64,000 nucleotides of DNA, taken from assembly GCA_965240325.2 (NCBI GenBank), contig OZ251225.1:2914001-2978000 (forward strand). Direction: 5' to 3'. Below are positions 54,101 to 63,504 of the stretch, one piece after another. Under the pieces are notes generated by a model. The model was given only the letters and a program-made list of their open reading frames with translations, made no database searches and had not been told where the DNA came from. A program made the position numbers and the translations under genes. How positions within the stretch are numbered: position 1 is the first letter of the stretch; every line of letters starts with the position of its first letter. Source of the stretch: Rebecca billardiae RCC1528 (taxonomy: Eukaryota > Protista > Haptophyta).

Positions 54101-56511
54101 CCCGAGTCGTCGAGCGCGAGGCTGCGGATCCACTCGGCGCGCATCTGGTCCCGCACCGCGATCCCGCCCACCCGCTCCGGCCGGATCACCAGCACCGGCC
54201 CCAGCACGGCCGCGTGCTCCGACACGCGCGCGCTCGACGTTCTGAACACGCTCCACTTCCGGATGGTTCCGTCGTTCGACCCGGAGAAGAAGGCATCGCC
54301 GTCGGCGCTCGCGGCGAGGGCGCGCACCCAGCGCGTGTGCCCGACGTACCGCGCCACCACCAGCGCGAACGCGAGGTCCCACTGCAGGATCTCGTTCGAG
54401 CCGCCCTCCGCGTCGTTCGAATCCGAACCTCCCGCGCTCAGCAGCGATTGGTCGGCATCGACCAATAGGAGCGCAGACACTTGCGCCGGGTGGCGGTGGT
54501 GCTCGTCGCGGAGGGAGATGACGCTGAGGTCGGCGTCGGCCGGCGCGCCGCGCCCGACGCGCCACGCGCTGATCCGCCCGTCGTCCAGCCCGTGGAACAC
54601 CGCCTCCGTGTCCACCAGGTGTCCGCTGGGCGACGTGGCGATCGAGGTCACTGCCGTGGCGGCGTCCGCGCGCGGCGCACGGCGGGCGCCGCCCGCGCCG
54701 CCCGCGCGGCCGGCGCGGCCCGCGCCGCCGAGGCCGAGGGCGGCGCGCGCGCGGCGGGCGAGGCGGTGGCCCGCGGCGGGCGAGGAGGCGGCGTGGAGCA
54801 TCGACGCGCGGTCCGACGCGCCCGGCCCCACCGCGCCGCCCTCCTCCGCCGCCGCCTTGGCGTCGTCCGCCGCCACCGCCGCAAGCCTCACCGTCGCCGC
54901 CTGCCGAAGCACGCGCACGCACCCGCCGGTCCACAGGTCCCACAGCCGGACCGTGCCGTCGAAGGAGCCGGAGAGGATGCACTCGCGCGAGTGCACGACG
55001 CACGGCCGCACGCACATCACCCACCCCGCGTGGCCCTGCTGCACCTCGTGCCGCACGCCCGCGCCGAGCTCGCGCAGCGCCGTGCGCGCGCGCTGCAGCC
55101 GCGCGCCAGCCGACCAGCGGCCGAGCGCGACGACGAATTCAAACGTGGCGGTCAGGTGCGCGACCACCTTGGTGGCGGGGACGCGGTGGCGCGGCGCGAC
55201 GAAGAAGTGGTGCGGCACGCCGTTGATCTCGAGCCGCGCCGCCTCGAACGGGAAGATCTCGCGCGCGCGCGCGTCCTCCGAGTCGTGCAGTGCGAGCAGC
55301 AGCGCACTCACGTCATAGGCCTTGGAAGTGCCGTCGAGCATCGTCGCGATCGGCGTCGACTCGCCGAGCGCGTCGGCGCGGAGCTGGTCGAACTCGGCGG
55401 GCGAGACGCCGCAGAAGGTGACGAAGAACCAGCGCTTGTCGCGGTGCGGCACCTCGCCGCGGCAGATCCGCTCCCACAGCCCGACCAGCCCCAGCTCGGA
55501 CGCGCGCCGCAGGTAACGGAGCACCGGGTCATGCGGGTGGCGCGCCGCGAGCGCGCGCGCGACGCGCATCGGCACGTTCGGCACCGCGGCGCGCGAGATG
55601 AGGCGGAGCGGCACGCGGTTGCACACGCACCACGAGTAGGCGTACGCCGCGGCGGGCTCGTCGAGCATGTTGTTCGCCGCGTCGTCCGGCCGCAGGTACG
55701 TCGGCGCGTCCCGCACGGCGACGGCGCCGTCCGAGCCGAGCGCCACGCCGCCCATCACAGTCACACTCTCGAGCTTGGCGACCGCGAGGGAGGAGTGCGA
55801 GCCGAGGAGCTGCGCGAGGTCGGAGAGCGCGGAGATCACGACGAGCGTGAGCGACTTGTTGAGCACGTGCTCCAGCGTCTCCACCAGCAGCTGCGGCCCG
55901 TCGTGCAGCCGCGAGTCCTCCACCGCAGAGTAGCCGGGAAACTCGTACTCGTGTGCGCGCGCGCTGTGCCGCTTCGACGTCTGGTGGCCGATGCCGACCG
56001 GCACGGCGTCGAGGTCGAAGTAGTCGAGGATGGCGCGGGCGAGCGCGGCGCGGTTGCGCGCCTCCTTCAGCCCCGTCGTCGGGTGCACCCCGCCGCCATT
56101 GCACACGACCGCCGCGAGCACGATCCGGCCCTGCAGGTGCAGGCTGGCGGCCATCAGCAGCGCGACCAGATCATCCGGGTCGGGCCCCGGATCGGTGACG
56201 AGCACGATCGTGCGCGGGCGGAGGTGCTGGAACGTCGGCGTCGCCGCCAGCGCGCGCGCCTCGCGCCGCGCGATCATCCCCCCCAGCTCGCGCCGCACCC
56301 GGCGCGCGCAGCTCGCGCCGCCGCGGCCCACCGCCTCCGGCCGCCGCGCGAGCATCCGGCGGTTCTGCTCGACGGCGGCTTCGCCCGCGCGCGCGCCCGC
56401 GGCATCGCCGAGCTCGACATCGAACTCGTCCGCCGAGTCCACGCACACCGGCGCGAGTGCGCGGAACTGCGGCGGCAACGACTTCCGTCTGGCCACCTCC
56501 CGCGGGCTCAT
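51181..56511 (-). CDS. 1776-aa fusion: nucleoside hydrolase-like domain, WD40 propeller and multi-pass membrane domain
   Basis: IVLVTDPGPDPDDLVAL, LVVISALSD, VTVMGG, ANNMLD, YD; WD repeats SGSFDGTVRLWD, GHTRWVRAL..SGSNDGTIRKW, GHEDKVTTV; about 7-8 hydrophobic helices in the last third. Confidence 0.8.
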   Translation of the reverse strand: MSPREVARRKSLPPQFRALAPVCVDSADEFDVELGDAAGARAGEAAVEQNRRMLARRPEAVGRGGASCARRVRRELGGMIARREARALAATPTFQHLRPRTIVLVTDPGPDPDDLVALLMAASLHLQGRIVLAAVVCNGGGVHPTTGLKEARNRAALARAILDYFDLDAVPVGIGHQTSKRHSARAHEYEFPGYSAVEDSRLHDGPQLLVETLEHVLNKSLTLVVISALSDLAQLLGSHSSLAVAKLESVTVMGGVALGSDGAVAVRDAPTYLRPDDAANNMLDEPAAAYAYSWCVCNRVPLRLISRAAVPNVPMRVARALAARHPHDPVLRYLRRASELGLVGLWERICRGEVPHRDKRWFFVTFCGVSPAEFDQLRADALGESTPIATMLDGTSKAYDVSALLLALHDSEDARAREIFPFEAARLEINGVPHHFFVAPRHRVPATKVVAHLTATFEFVVALGRWSAGARLQRARTALRELGAGVRHEVQQGHAGWVMCVRPCVVHSRECILSGSFDGTVRLWDLWTGGCVRVLRQAATVRLAAVAADDAKAAAEEGGAVGPGASDRASMLHAASSPAAGHRLARRARAALGLGGAGRAGRAGGAGGARRAPRADAATAVTSIATSPSGHLVDTEAVFHGLDDGRISAWRVGRGAPADADLSVISLRDEHHRHPAQVSALLLVDADQSLLSAGGSDSNDAEGGSNEILQWDLAFALVVARYVGHTRWVRALAASADGDAFFSGSNDGTIRKWSVFRTSSARVSEHAAVLGPVLVIRPERVGGIAVRDQMRAEWIRSLALDDSGESLFSAANDHTLRRWSAQSGRPRQLYCGHEDKVTTVALPRGRAPLFVFSGSNDGFIVQWSIARACALVRIECRTAVTAIALAERAFAPPRALGSSLAGSAADRPADRGGPSASLGLELELRTRLFSAHYDTTVLMWETSVAVDPSDIVAPPSAARGDAAAPRAAAAATPPTEATESHPAAAAAAAAASAAVPPRSAARAAAAAGGTAAGSVAAFKRAATAGELHVTGCELQTLPARSATSGARVARAPCASPAAAAEAGAAEVADAEVADADASDIGASFCSASSSFGPGRLSDRLRRWRAQRSNSRLSARGADGPACKTLPRSSAARFTHTPISSVLTAILDGPMVTVSAVIYALSHPAWNAIGGGGGGGAARAGDDGGGAAAERGGGGAAAGGSSALFGVLGAGGADAPGAARAYALRVRVYWLMVFFALLSIALFVSRAHERCVYALRAVPTSFVTDFANKGATRVVYKTRTGRALYYVERFLVYFIIVLGGGGFILISRFLLHAIACDDGAWRVDARVRCYSSAHLPYLVTTGLVFPLYIVVACRMSASFNDVTFLSEFEDALPSSSKKLRQLMTYWGSTVVKRAGHWTRHPTHGWKFGLTGRLSILVNWVADLVITEREGAPLSPLRALSICSWLATAVVMVWFAFKFQPMAHPAACVAMVVCRAVFAVTYVQLSALCALAMHGAGGAGARGAHAPFDPRSDAWAGSAARALSLWSWALLTALTVPTAWLLARRHRWEQGNEGVRERQLAMGAARGAERAGVPDGGVQRLGWRTFAHRRPTNSPPTLAQWSRARWAAAQRAASAAGAAASRSRSPSPERRLERQRSASAGPTRARWPVRGAQHAAEPLAPPPAPHGAEGGPAVRAAGGAGGVPRAPRSFSPPRRGGRAARFQRAAAAAGIGGAWQQAKASKVRWSELELGGLDHPTWPAGCAQQGSSAASIISRPNESQCGCSSDSCEAASSSSAVI

Positions 56512-56751
56512 GGCGAGCGGGCACCCATCGTATGTCGCTGAGCCTGACTGTGATTCTGTGAAGCGCTCCCAGCGGTCGGCTCAATGTTCCTTCCGGCCGG
56601 GCCGAACTTCCGGCGCTCTCGCGCGAAGCTCGCCGCGTCTGGCGAGCGCGTCAAGGGTGGTCGCCGCGTTACCGGCCGCGGGAGTTCCGGCCTGGATTGC
56701 CCGAGAATCGTCCCGGCCAACCGCATCGTCGAAGGAGAAGGGCCGCCGCAT

Positions 56752-57306
56752 ATGGTGCGCGCCGAAGTCGTCGTCGCCGCTGCCTCCCTCTGCCTGGCTG
56801 TAGTGGATGCCGCCACGCAGTGCCGAGCGTATTCGCTAGCTCAAACTACACCGTCGCTCCGACGGGCGAGGCATCTTCTCTCGGCTGCAGACGATGGCGG
56901 CGGGGTCGCAGGAGCTGGCACCGGCGGCGATGATGGTGACGGCGGTGTGCCAGGCCTGCCCCAGCAACGCCCGAGCACAGATGTACCCCCTCAGCTGGCT
57001 CGATCACGCGCCCTCGCAAGTGAAGGGCTAGAGGGCCTGCCCAGTCGCGCATCACAGCTCTTGCAGCTCGGCGCGACGTTTTGGATCGGCCCCGTCGCCG
57101 CGCTTGTGTTCGCGGTGTCGTTGGCTGCTTTTGCAGCCCTCTACCTCTCACTGGGTGACCGCTTCTTGCACGGGGGGCGGCCAGCCGGTCGCGCACCAGC
57201 AGGCCTGTACACGGATGCATCAGAACAGCCGTGGAACGTCGGTGAGCAGGGGCGGGAACCGTTTGATGACGGCGCCCTCTCGCCACAGCAGCGCTTTGTA
57301 GACTAG
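56752..57306 (+). CDS. Small protein of unknown function with a signal peptide and one TM helix (possibly plastid-targeted)
   Basis: MVRAEVVVAAASLCLAVVDAA; TM IGPVAALVFAVSLAAFAALYLSLG. Confidence 0.6.
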   Translation: MVRAEVVVAAASLCLAVVDAATQCRAYSLAQTTPSLRRARHLLSAADDGGGVAGAGTGGDDGDGGVPGLPQQRPSTDVPPQLARSRALASEGLEGLPSRASQLLQLGATFWIGPVAALVFAVSLAAFAALYLSLGDRFLHGGRPAGRAPAGLYTDASEQPWNVGEQGREPFDDGALSPQQRFVD

Positions 57307-57593
57307 CGGTCTAGCGCGGACGCCGCCAGGGACGCGGTGCTCCCGGGCAGGCTTTGCTTTGCCCATCGGCAATCCGCGCTCAGACCGAAGCTCGAGCTGA
57401 CAGTCTATGAGCTTCGCGCTGTCCGGCGGACCTGATTGATTCGAAGACCGGTGCCGCCGGAGCACAGATGACAGAACCCGCCCGTTCCGAGTGCTCGGAC
57501 TACTGCTACAGTAGTGCTGAACGAATTCATCGTCGTCAATCTGACTATCTGAGCCAGCACGGAGCCAGAGTCATTCAGTCATCAGATTGACAT

Positions 57594-57677
57594 ACTAATT
57601 CTATGATTTAAAGACACAGGCACGAGCCCGAGGGCGCAGCTCTTCCGTGATTCGTCGACGTCTGTCGTGAAGTACTG
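57594..57677. repeat. Dispersed repeat, copy 2 (see 8842-8909)
   Basis: 33-bp identical core plus flanking similarity with small duplications. Confidence 0.85.
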
Positions 57678-59093
57678 ATTGGAGACATTGAGGGTGCGCG
57701 GGTGAGGACTGACGGGTCAGTCGGGGCCTCGCCGAAGCCTGCTGATTGATCACACGGAGCCAGTAGGTGCCCAGGGATGCCGCTGTAGTACTTGAAGCAG
57801 TCGTCGCCGGCCTTGGTCATCATGTACAGGTGGATACGGGCTAACTGGACACAGGGGCTATCTGGACACTCAGCGGGCGGCGGGCCTCGTGGCGAGGGCT
57901 CGTGGGCGAACGAGCACGAGCGCCCACTGGCGGGTCGCCACGACGGCGCACGATGTTCGCTGAACTCACCTGGTCGTGAGACGTCGTCTGCGCACGCGCC
58001 AGGTCGCGCTTCTCGCCGCCTTCGCCTTGTTTCGTGAGTCCCGCGCACAAGGGCGAACGCCAGCGTTTCAAGCCGCAAGGCGCGTGCGCGGACTCAGGAA
58101 GGGCGGACTCCGAGGCAAGGCGCGGTTGCGCTGGCGTGGGTAGGTCCCAGAGCAACCGTCCGAGCCGCTGCACACGCTTTTCCTCCGCGCGCGCGTCTCT
58201 GAGCTCGATTCCCATGCCTCAGCCAGTGCCAGGGGCTAATTGGACAGTGCCATTGCGGCCGCCACGCGCGGAGACGGGCCCGCAGCGCAGAAAGCGCGCT
58301 GTGGCGGAACTCCAGGGACCCCCTGAAGTCCGTCCCTGGCGCCCCTTCGACCCCAATGCTCCCAGGGAGGCCTCCGCGTGAGTTGGGTCGGCCACTGTCC
58401 AGATCACCCGTATCCACCTGTAGTTGTACGCGTCGACGTTCCGAGGCCGTAAGATGACACTGACTACTTTTCATCGTCATGATACGACGACGACGATATG
58501 CGCACTTTCAGCTGTCACTCTTGAACCGAGCAGCACTCGCGCTGCCTGACGCGCACACTCTCATGACTCATCATCATTGATGATGACGAATATGTATGTA
58601 TTATTAATATATATATAGCATATATATATTGTTATAATACTGGTGTGGAGCAGCCTGGGGCTCAGGCCTCAGCCTGATGAAGGGCTGCCAGGGCAGTCAG
58701 ACTTGGAGGCGGCGTCAACTCTAGCTAGGTTCAAATCCGCCGGATGAGTCGCGGTCGTCCTCGTCACTTCCTCGGGCTGCAAGAGCGGGTCGTACACACA
58801 GTCGATGCTCGTACTCGATGTCGCAGCCACGCGCCCCGTACGAAGAGCGAAGCCCGCTTGTAGTGGAAGACGCCGTGACCTCGAAATTCCCAGGCGGGTC
58901 GCAGGAGTCGGTATGGGAATTACCAAACGGTGCGCGAGGCCCGCGTGGTCGCACGTACGCTGCCAGACGAGACGCGAGCTGCGACGGACAGCCCGCCCAG
59001 GTGGCGCCTCGCGTTGCACCTCAAAGCCCTGCGGCGACTCGGCGTAGCCGTGGCAGGCGTACCCGCGACCCGCGCCGGCGCCCGCAGCGAGCT

Positions 59094-60041
59094 TCAGCCC
59101 GCCGCGCCCGCGCGCTCGGCGAGGAAGTCTCGGACGGCGCGCACAATGTGCGCCGGGCCGAGCGTGTGCCCGTCCGAGTGCACCTCCTTGCGCACGCTCG
59201 CGCCGTTGTGGATGAGCAGCTGCTCGAGCCAGCCGCTCACGAAGAAGGGGAGCGTCATGTCCGCGGTGCCGTGCGTCATCAACACCGGCACGCCCCGGTG
59301 CGTCGCGAGCTTGGTCGCCCACTCCTCGACGACGATCGGCGCTCCGCTCATGGAGAGGATCCCTGCGACGCGGCTGCCCGCCGGCATGGACAGCGCCGTG
59401 TCGATGGCCGTCATGGCGCCCTGGCTGAAGCCGCCGATGACCACGCGCGAGTACGGCGTGTCCATCGCGTACTTGCACACCTCTTCGACGAGCGCGACCA
59501 TCGCAGAGCGGCACTCGGGCAGGCCGGGCGGCACGTCTCGGATCAGCCGCGCGATCGCGTTCTCCCCGGACTGCATCGCGCCCACCCACTGCATCACGTC
59601 GATGGTCCACCACGCGGTCGTGCCCATCTTGCCCAGCGGCGCCTGCGGGAAGACCCAGAGCACCGGCCGGCCAACGGATTCGTGCAGTTTGAGCGCCTCT
59701 GGCAACGTGACGAAGTCGTCAGAGTTGGAGCCCAGGCCGTGCAGCACGATCACGACCATGCCGGGTGCGGTGCTTCTGGCGAGGACGTCGGCCTGCGCCA
59801 CGAGCGTGCAGTCGAACTGCGAGAACTTACGCCTCTCCGTCTTCAGCAGAGCCGACGGTGGGGCGTGGCCCTGTGCGCCGGCGGCTGATGCGGGGACGCG
59901 CGTGCCGTCCGAGTGGCGCCCGCGCGCCTCTTCCGCCCGCGCGCGGAGGTCGGAGATCTCGAAGCAGTCGTCGTGCTTTAGGCCGGCGCTGACGATATAG
60001 GCGCGCAGCTCCTTCACGCTCATGCTCGCGATGTCCGCCAT
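59094..60041 (-). CDS. Phospholipase/carboxylesterase (acyl-protein thioesterase family) with an N-terminal SAP/ARMET-like mini-domain
   Basis: LHGLG, FPQAP, AWW, GGFSQGA (nucleophile), HGTAD, GH; N-terminal MSVKELRAYI..GL..DCFEISDL. Confidence 0.88.
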   Translation of the reverse strand: MADIASMSVKELRAYIVSAGLKHDDCFEISDLRARAEEARGRHSDGTRVPASAAGAQGHAPPSALLKTERRKFSQFDCTLVAQADVLARSTAPGMVVIVLHGLGSNSDDFVTLPEALKLHESVGRPVLWVFPQAPLGKMGTTAWWTIDVMQWVGAMQSGENAIARLIRDVPPGLPECRSAMVALVEEVCKYAMDTPYSRVVIGGFSQGAMTAIDTALSMPAGSRVAGILSMSGAPIVVEEWATKLATHRGVPVLMTHGTADMTLPFFVSGWLEQLLIHNGASVRKEVHSDGHTLGPAHIVRAVRDFLAERAGAAG

Positions 60042-60352
60042 CGTCGATTCGTCGGCCCCGTATGCGTTTTTTTCGTTCGCGCCCAGGCGAGCCGCCTGCA
60101 CGCTCACCCACGCGTTGCACTGCCGGACAGCTCAACGAGAGTCAACGCTCTCGGCTAGAAGTTGTATCTGATGGACGTATCTGATTCGTCGGGTGGCCGT
60201 GTGTAAGTACCCGCCCCAACCCGGATTTACCCGCCGAGTTAGCAGATGATGAGCGCGATATCAACGATCACTCGAGCTCACGAGTCCCGGCCACTGCAAC
60301 CGGACGGTCGTGGCCCAGCGCCAGGGCCCATCCAGGCTGGTCATGCCGCCGG

Positions 60353-61768
60353 TCATGCGGCCGCCGGCCCACCGCCCACCGACCGCCCCGCAGCGCCGGG
60401 CCTCGCCACCCGCCCGCCACCGCGGCGAGGTGGCTCCCCCCCGCGCCCCGCCGTGCCGCGGCCGGGCGGATCACCCGTGGAGTTGGATCTGCGCCCTCCG
60501 CGCGCGCCGCTCCGCGGCCGCCCGCGCGGAGGGCCGCCAGCACCGCGCGCCCCGGCGTGTGAGGCCGGATTGCCGCCGTCAGGAATGGCGCGCGGAGCCT
60601 GCCCGGCGCCTGGCTGCTCGTGCTCGCCGTCCGCGCCCGGCGCAGCGCTGCCGCTGCCCCCGCCCTCGGCCGCCGCCTCGGCCTGCGCCTGCGCGCGCGC
60701 AATGCTTGCATGCCGCGCCTGCGCCGCGCGCACGCGCTCGAGCTCGGCTGGCTCGAGCTCGGCCAGCCAGCCTGGGGTGGGGGGGTCGGTGGGCGGGGCG
60801 TCCGCCGAGCCCTCCACTCCGCCACCCTCAACCCTCGCCCCGGCGCCATTCGGCGCGGCAGCCACGCCGGCCAGGCGGCCGAGGGCGTTGGCTCCGATCG
60901 GCAAACGGCAGACAGGGCACGGCAGCGGCCGCTGCTCCGCGCCGCGCGCGCGCAGATCCGCCGCGCTCGCGGCGGCGGAGAGCTCGACGTCGGCGCGTGC
61001 GCTCAGCTTCGCCGCACGCGCGCCCACGCGCTCGCACTCGCGGCGCGCGTCGGCGAGCGCCTGCTTCTGCGTGCGCGCCTGACGGGCCAGGCCAGTCGCC
61101 TGCGCGCGCTCGGCCTCGGGCAAGGCCGCCAGCTGTGCCTGCGCGTGCTCGAGCGAGAGCTGCAGCGCGCGCACGCGCTCGGAGGCCTCGCGCTCGCGAG
61201 CGCGCGCCTGCTCGAGATCTGCGGCGGCGGCTCGCGCGCGCTGCTCCTCCGCTGACGCGCCCGGCGCCGCGCTCTCCGCAGATGCCTGCTCGCGCGTGTC
61301 AGACGCGTGCCGCCAGCGCGCGACGCACGCGGCGTGGAAGCAGTGGTCGCACGGCGCGCGGAAGCCGTCCTCGGCACCAAGAGGCTGCAGGCAGACGGGG
61401 CAGTCGCCCCCCGCTTCCGTGACCTCGGTGATCGCGTCGAGCGCCGCGGATATTGCGTCGAAGCAGCAGCGCTCCCCGGCGCGCTCGGCGATCACCTCGC
61501 GCGCCGCGCTCACAATCAAAGCCTCCTCCTTGTCCACGAGCCCGCGCGCGTGACGCAGCCGCACGCTCGGCGGCATGGCATCGGGGTACCCACCCAGTTC
61601 AAGCTCGAGCTCGAGCTCGGCGGTGCACCGCCTCAGGGCCGGGTAGCCGCCACGCGGCAACAGCGTCAGGCGCAGCGCGCAGCGCGTCGCGGCCTCGTCC
61701 TCGTTCACGAGGAGGCCTTCAAACATCGCGGCGAGGAGGTCGATCTCCGCGCGTGTGTCGTCGTCCAT
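60353..61768 (-). CDS. RWD plus RING-H2 E3 ligase (RNF25-like)
   Basis: EIDLLAAMF, YPDAMP (RWD); CPVCL..CDHCFHAACV..(insert)..CPVCR. Confidence 0.8.
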   Translation of the reverse strand: MDDDTRAEIDLLAAMFEGLLVNEDEAATRCALRLTLLPRGGYPALRRCTAELELELELGGYPDAMPPSVRLRHARGLVDKEEALIVSAAREVIAERAGERCCFDAISAALDAITEVTEAGGDCPVCLQPLGAEDGFRAPCDHCFHAACVARWRHASDTREQASAESAAPGASAEEQRARAAAADLEQARAREREASERVRALQLSLEHAQAQLAALPEAERAQATGLARQARTQKQALADARRECERVGARAAKLSARADVELSAAASAADLRARGAEQRPLPCPVCRLPIGANALGRLAGVAAAPNGAGARVEGGGVEGSADAPPTDPPTPGWLAELEPAELERVRAAQARHASIARAQAQAEAAAEGGGSGSAAPGADGEHEQPGAGQAPRAIPDGGNPASHAGARGAGGPPRGRPRSGARGGRRSNSTGDPPGRGTAGRGGEPPRRGGGRVARPGAAGRSVGGGPAAA

Positions 61769-61935
61769 TGCGAGAGGGTGCCAACGGGGAGCATTCACGA
61801 CCGCGAGCCAGCCGTGTCGTCAGGCGTCTCGCGGCGGTCGAGCGCGGAGCCGGCGCTGCACGACGAGTCTCGGACGCTGCGCGGGTCGCGGGAGTCCGTT
61901 GTCCAGCACGGAGTTCTGTGCCGGCGAGCTCCACG

Positions 61936-62808
61936 ATGGCGGCCTCTCGCGCGTCGGCGCTCGCGCTGCTGGTTTTTGCCCCGCTGCACGCGATCAACGT
62001 GCACGGCAGCCGCACGGTGCTGCTGTACGACGCCTCAGATCGCCTCGTCCCCTACCGTGACGGGCTGCGCTGGCAGGAGGCGCTGCATGGCGAGCGAGTG
62101 AAGTGCGCAGTCGCGCGCGCGCGCGCCGTCGAGGACGCTTCGAGCTCGTCCGGCATCCTCGGAGTGCCAGACGCGCTCATCATGCTGCAGCACCAGGCTG
62201 TGCTGACGTTGGGCACGGCGAGCACGGAGGACAACATCCTCACGGCACGCGGGGACCTCCCCTTCGACGTGGTGCGCACGACGCGCGGCGGGGAGGTCAC
62301 CTACCACGGCCCTGGCCAGCTGGTCGCGTACCCCATCTTCGACCTCAGGGCGAGTCACACGGCCGACCTGCACTGGTATCTGCGCACGCTCGAGGGCGCG
62401 GTGATTGGCGCGCTTGGCGACTTTGGCATCGACGCCGGGCGGATCGATGGGCTGACCGGCGTGTGGGCAGGCGGCCGCAAGCTGTGCGCTATCGGCGTCA
62501 AGGTGTCGCGCTGGGTGACGATGCACGGGCTCGCGCTCAACGTCGACCCCGAGCTGCGCGACTTTGAGCACATCGTGCCGTGCGGCATCTCCGACAGGCC
62601 CGTCGGGTCCATCGCGCAGTTTGTGCCCGGCGTGCGCATGGACGAGGTGCGCGACTCGCTGCTCAAGCACCTGATGCACGCATTCGCCCTCGACGCGTGG
62701 CTTGACGCAGGGCCCGATCCATTGGCATTCGACGCTCCGCCTGCTCCCCAGGAGGCCTTGTCGTTCTATGCACCGGGCTCCGGGTATGACCGTGCCTCAG
62801 GTGCCTAG
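61936..62808 (+). CDS. lipB: Lipoyl(octanoyl) transferase with a signal peptide (probably plastid)
   Basis: LQH..VLTLG, RGGEVTYHGPGQLVAYPI, TGVW..KLCAIG, TMHGLALNV, IVPCGI. Confidence 0.95.
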   Translation: MAASRASALALLVFAPLHAINVHGSRTVLLYDASDRLVPYRDGLRWQEALHGERVKCAVARARAVEDASSSSGILGVPDALIMLQHQAVLTLGTASTEDNILTARGDLPFDVVRTTRGGEVTYHGPGQLVAYPIFDLRASHTADLHWYLRTLEGAVIGALGDFGIDAGRIDGLTGVWAGGRKLCAIGVKVSRWVTMHGLALNVDPELRDFEHIVPCGISDRPVGSIAQFVPGVRMDEVRDSLLKHLMHAFALDAWLDAGPDPLAFDAPPAPQEALSFYAPGSGYDRASGA

Positions 62809-63005
62809 GCTGCTCGTGAGCAGGGGTGTGGGGGCGGTGTGTGTGCGGGGCTGCGGGCGATTTCGACGCCGACGAAACCGGTGAAAGTCAAAAAGTCGCC
62901 CGTCCCATCATTCTTTCGAAAACGCATTATTATTCATTACCGACGAAACATATATATTCATATATCGGTAATAATCGCACGACCGCAAACGTTGCACTGC
63001 TTGTA

Positions 63006-63383
63006 CCTGGGACCACCCCACAGTGTTGGGCTCGTATGCTGTTGGCAATGGCATACCCGCCCCGCCCCCTCTGTATTGTACCCCCATCCTGTGTATCATA
63101 CGCGACTGTTCGTCGGCCAGCGGGAAGATACTGCATACAGTCGCCAGTCGCCGGCGACCACCCCCAACCGCCGGTCCAGACCTCGGGATTTACTCCTGGG
63201 ACCACCCCACAGTGTTGGGCTCGTATGCTGTTGGCAATGGCATACCCGCCCCGCCCCCTCTGTATTGTACCCCCATCCTGTGTATCATACGCGACTGTTC
63301 GTCGGCCAGCGGGAAGATACTGCATACAGTCGCCAGTCGCCGGCGACCACCCCCAACCGCCGGTCCAGACCTCGGGATTTACT
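63006..63383. repeat. Perfect tandem duplication of a 189-bp unit (63006-63194, 63195-63383)
   Basis: The two units are identical by inspection. Confidence 0.95.
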
Positions 63384-63504
63384 ATGATGACAGCCCTACA
63401 GTTCACTAAGACTAAGAGACGCACACAGCTCAGGCAGGCGAGATTACCTTACGGTGCCGGGTGCCCTTGCCGTCCTGACGACGACGCAGCTGTGATGCTG
63501 CTGC

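Noticed and set aside
57680-58480. Short ORFs of 60-156 aa
   Set aside because: No recognisable motif or consistent frame; probably a decayed repeat, so no gene is called
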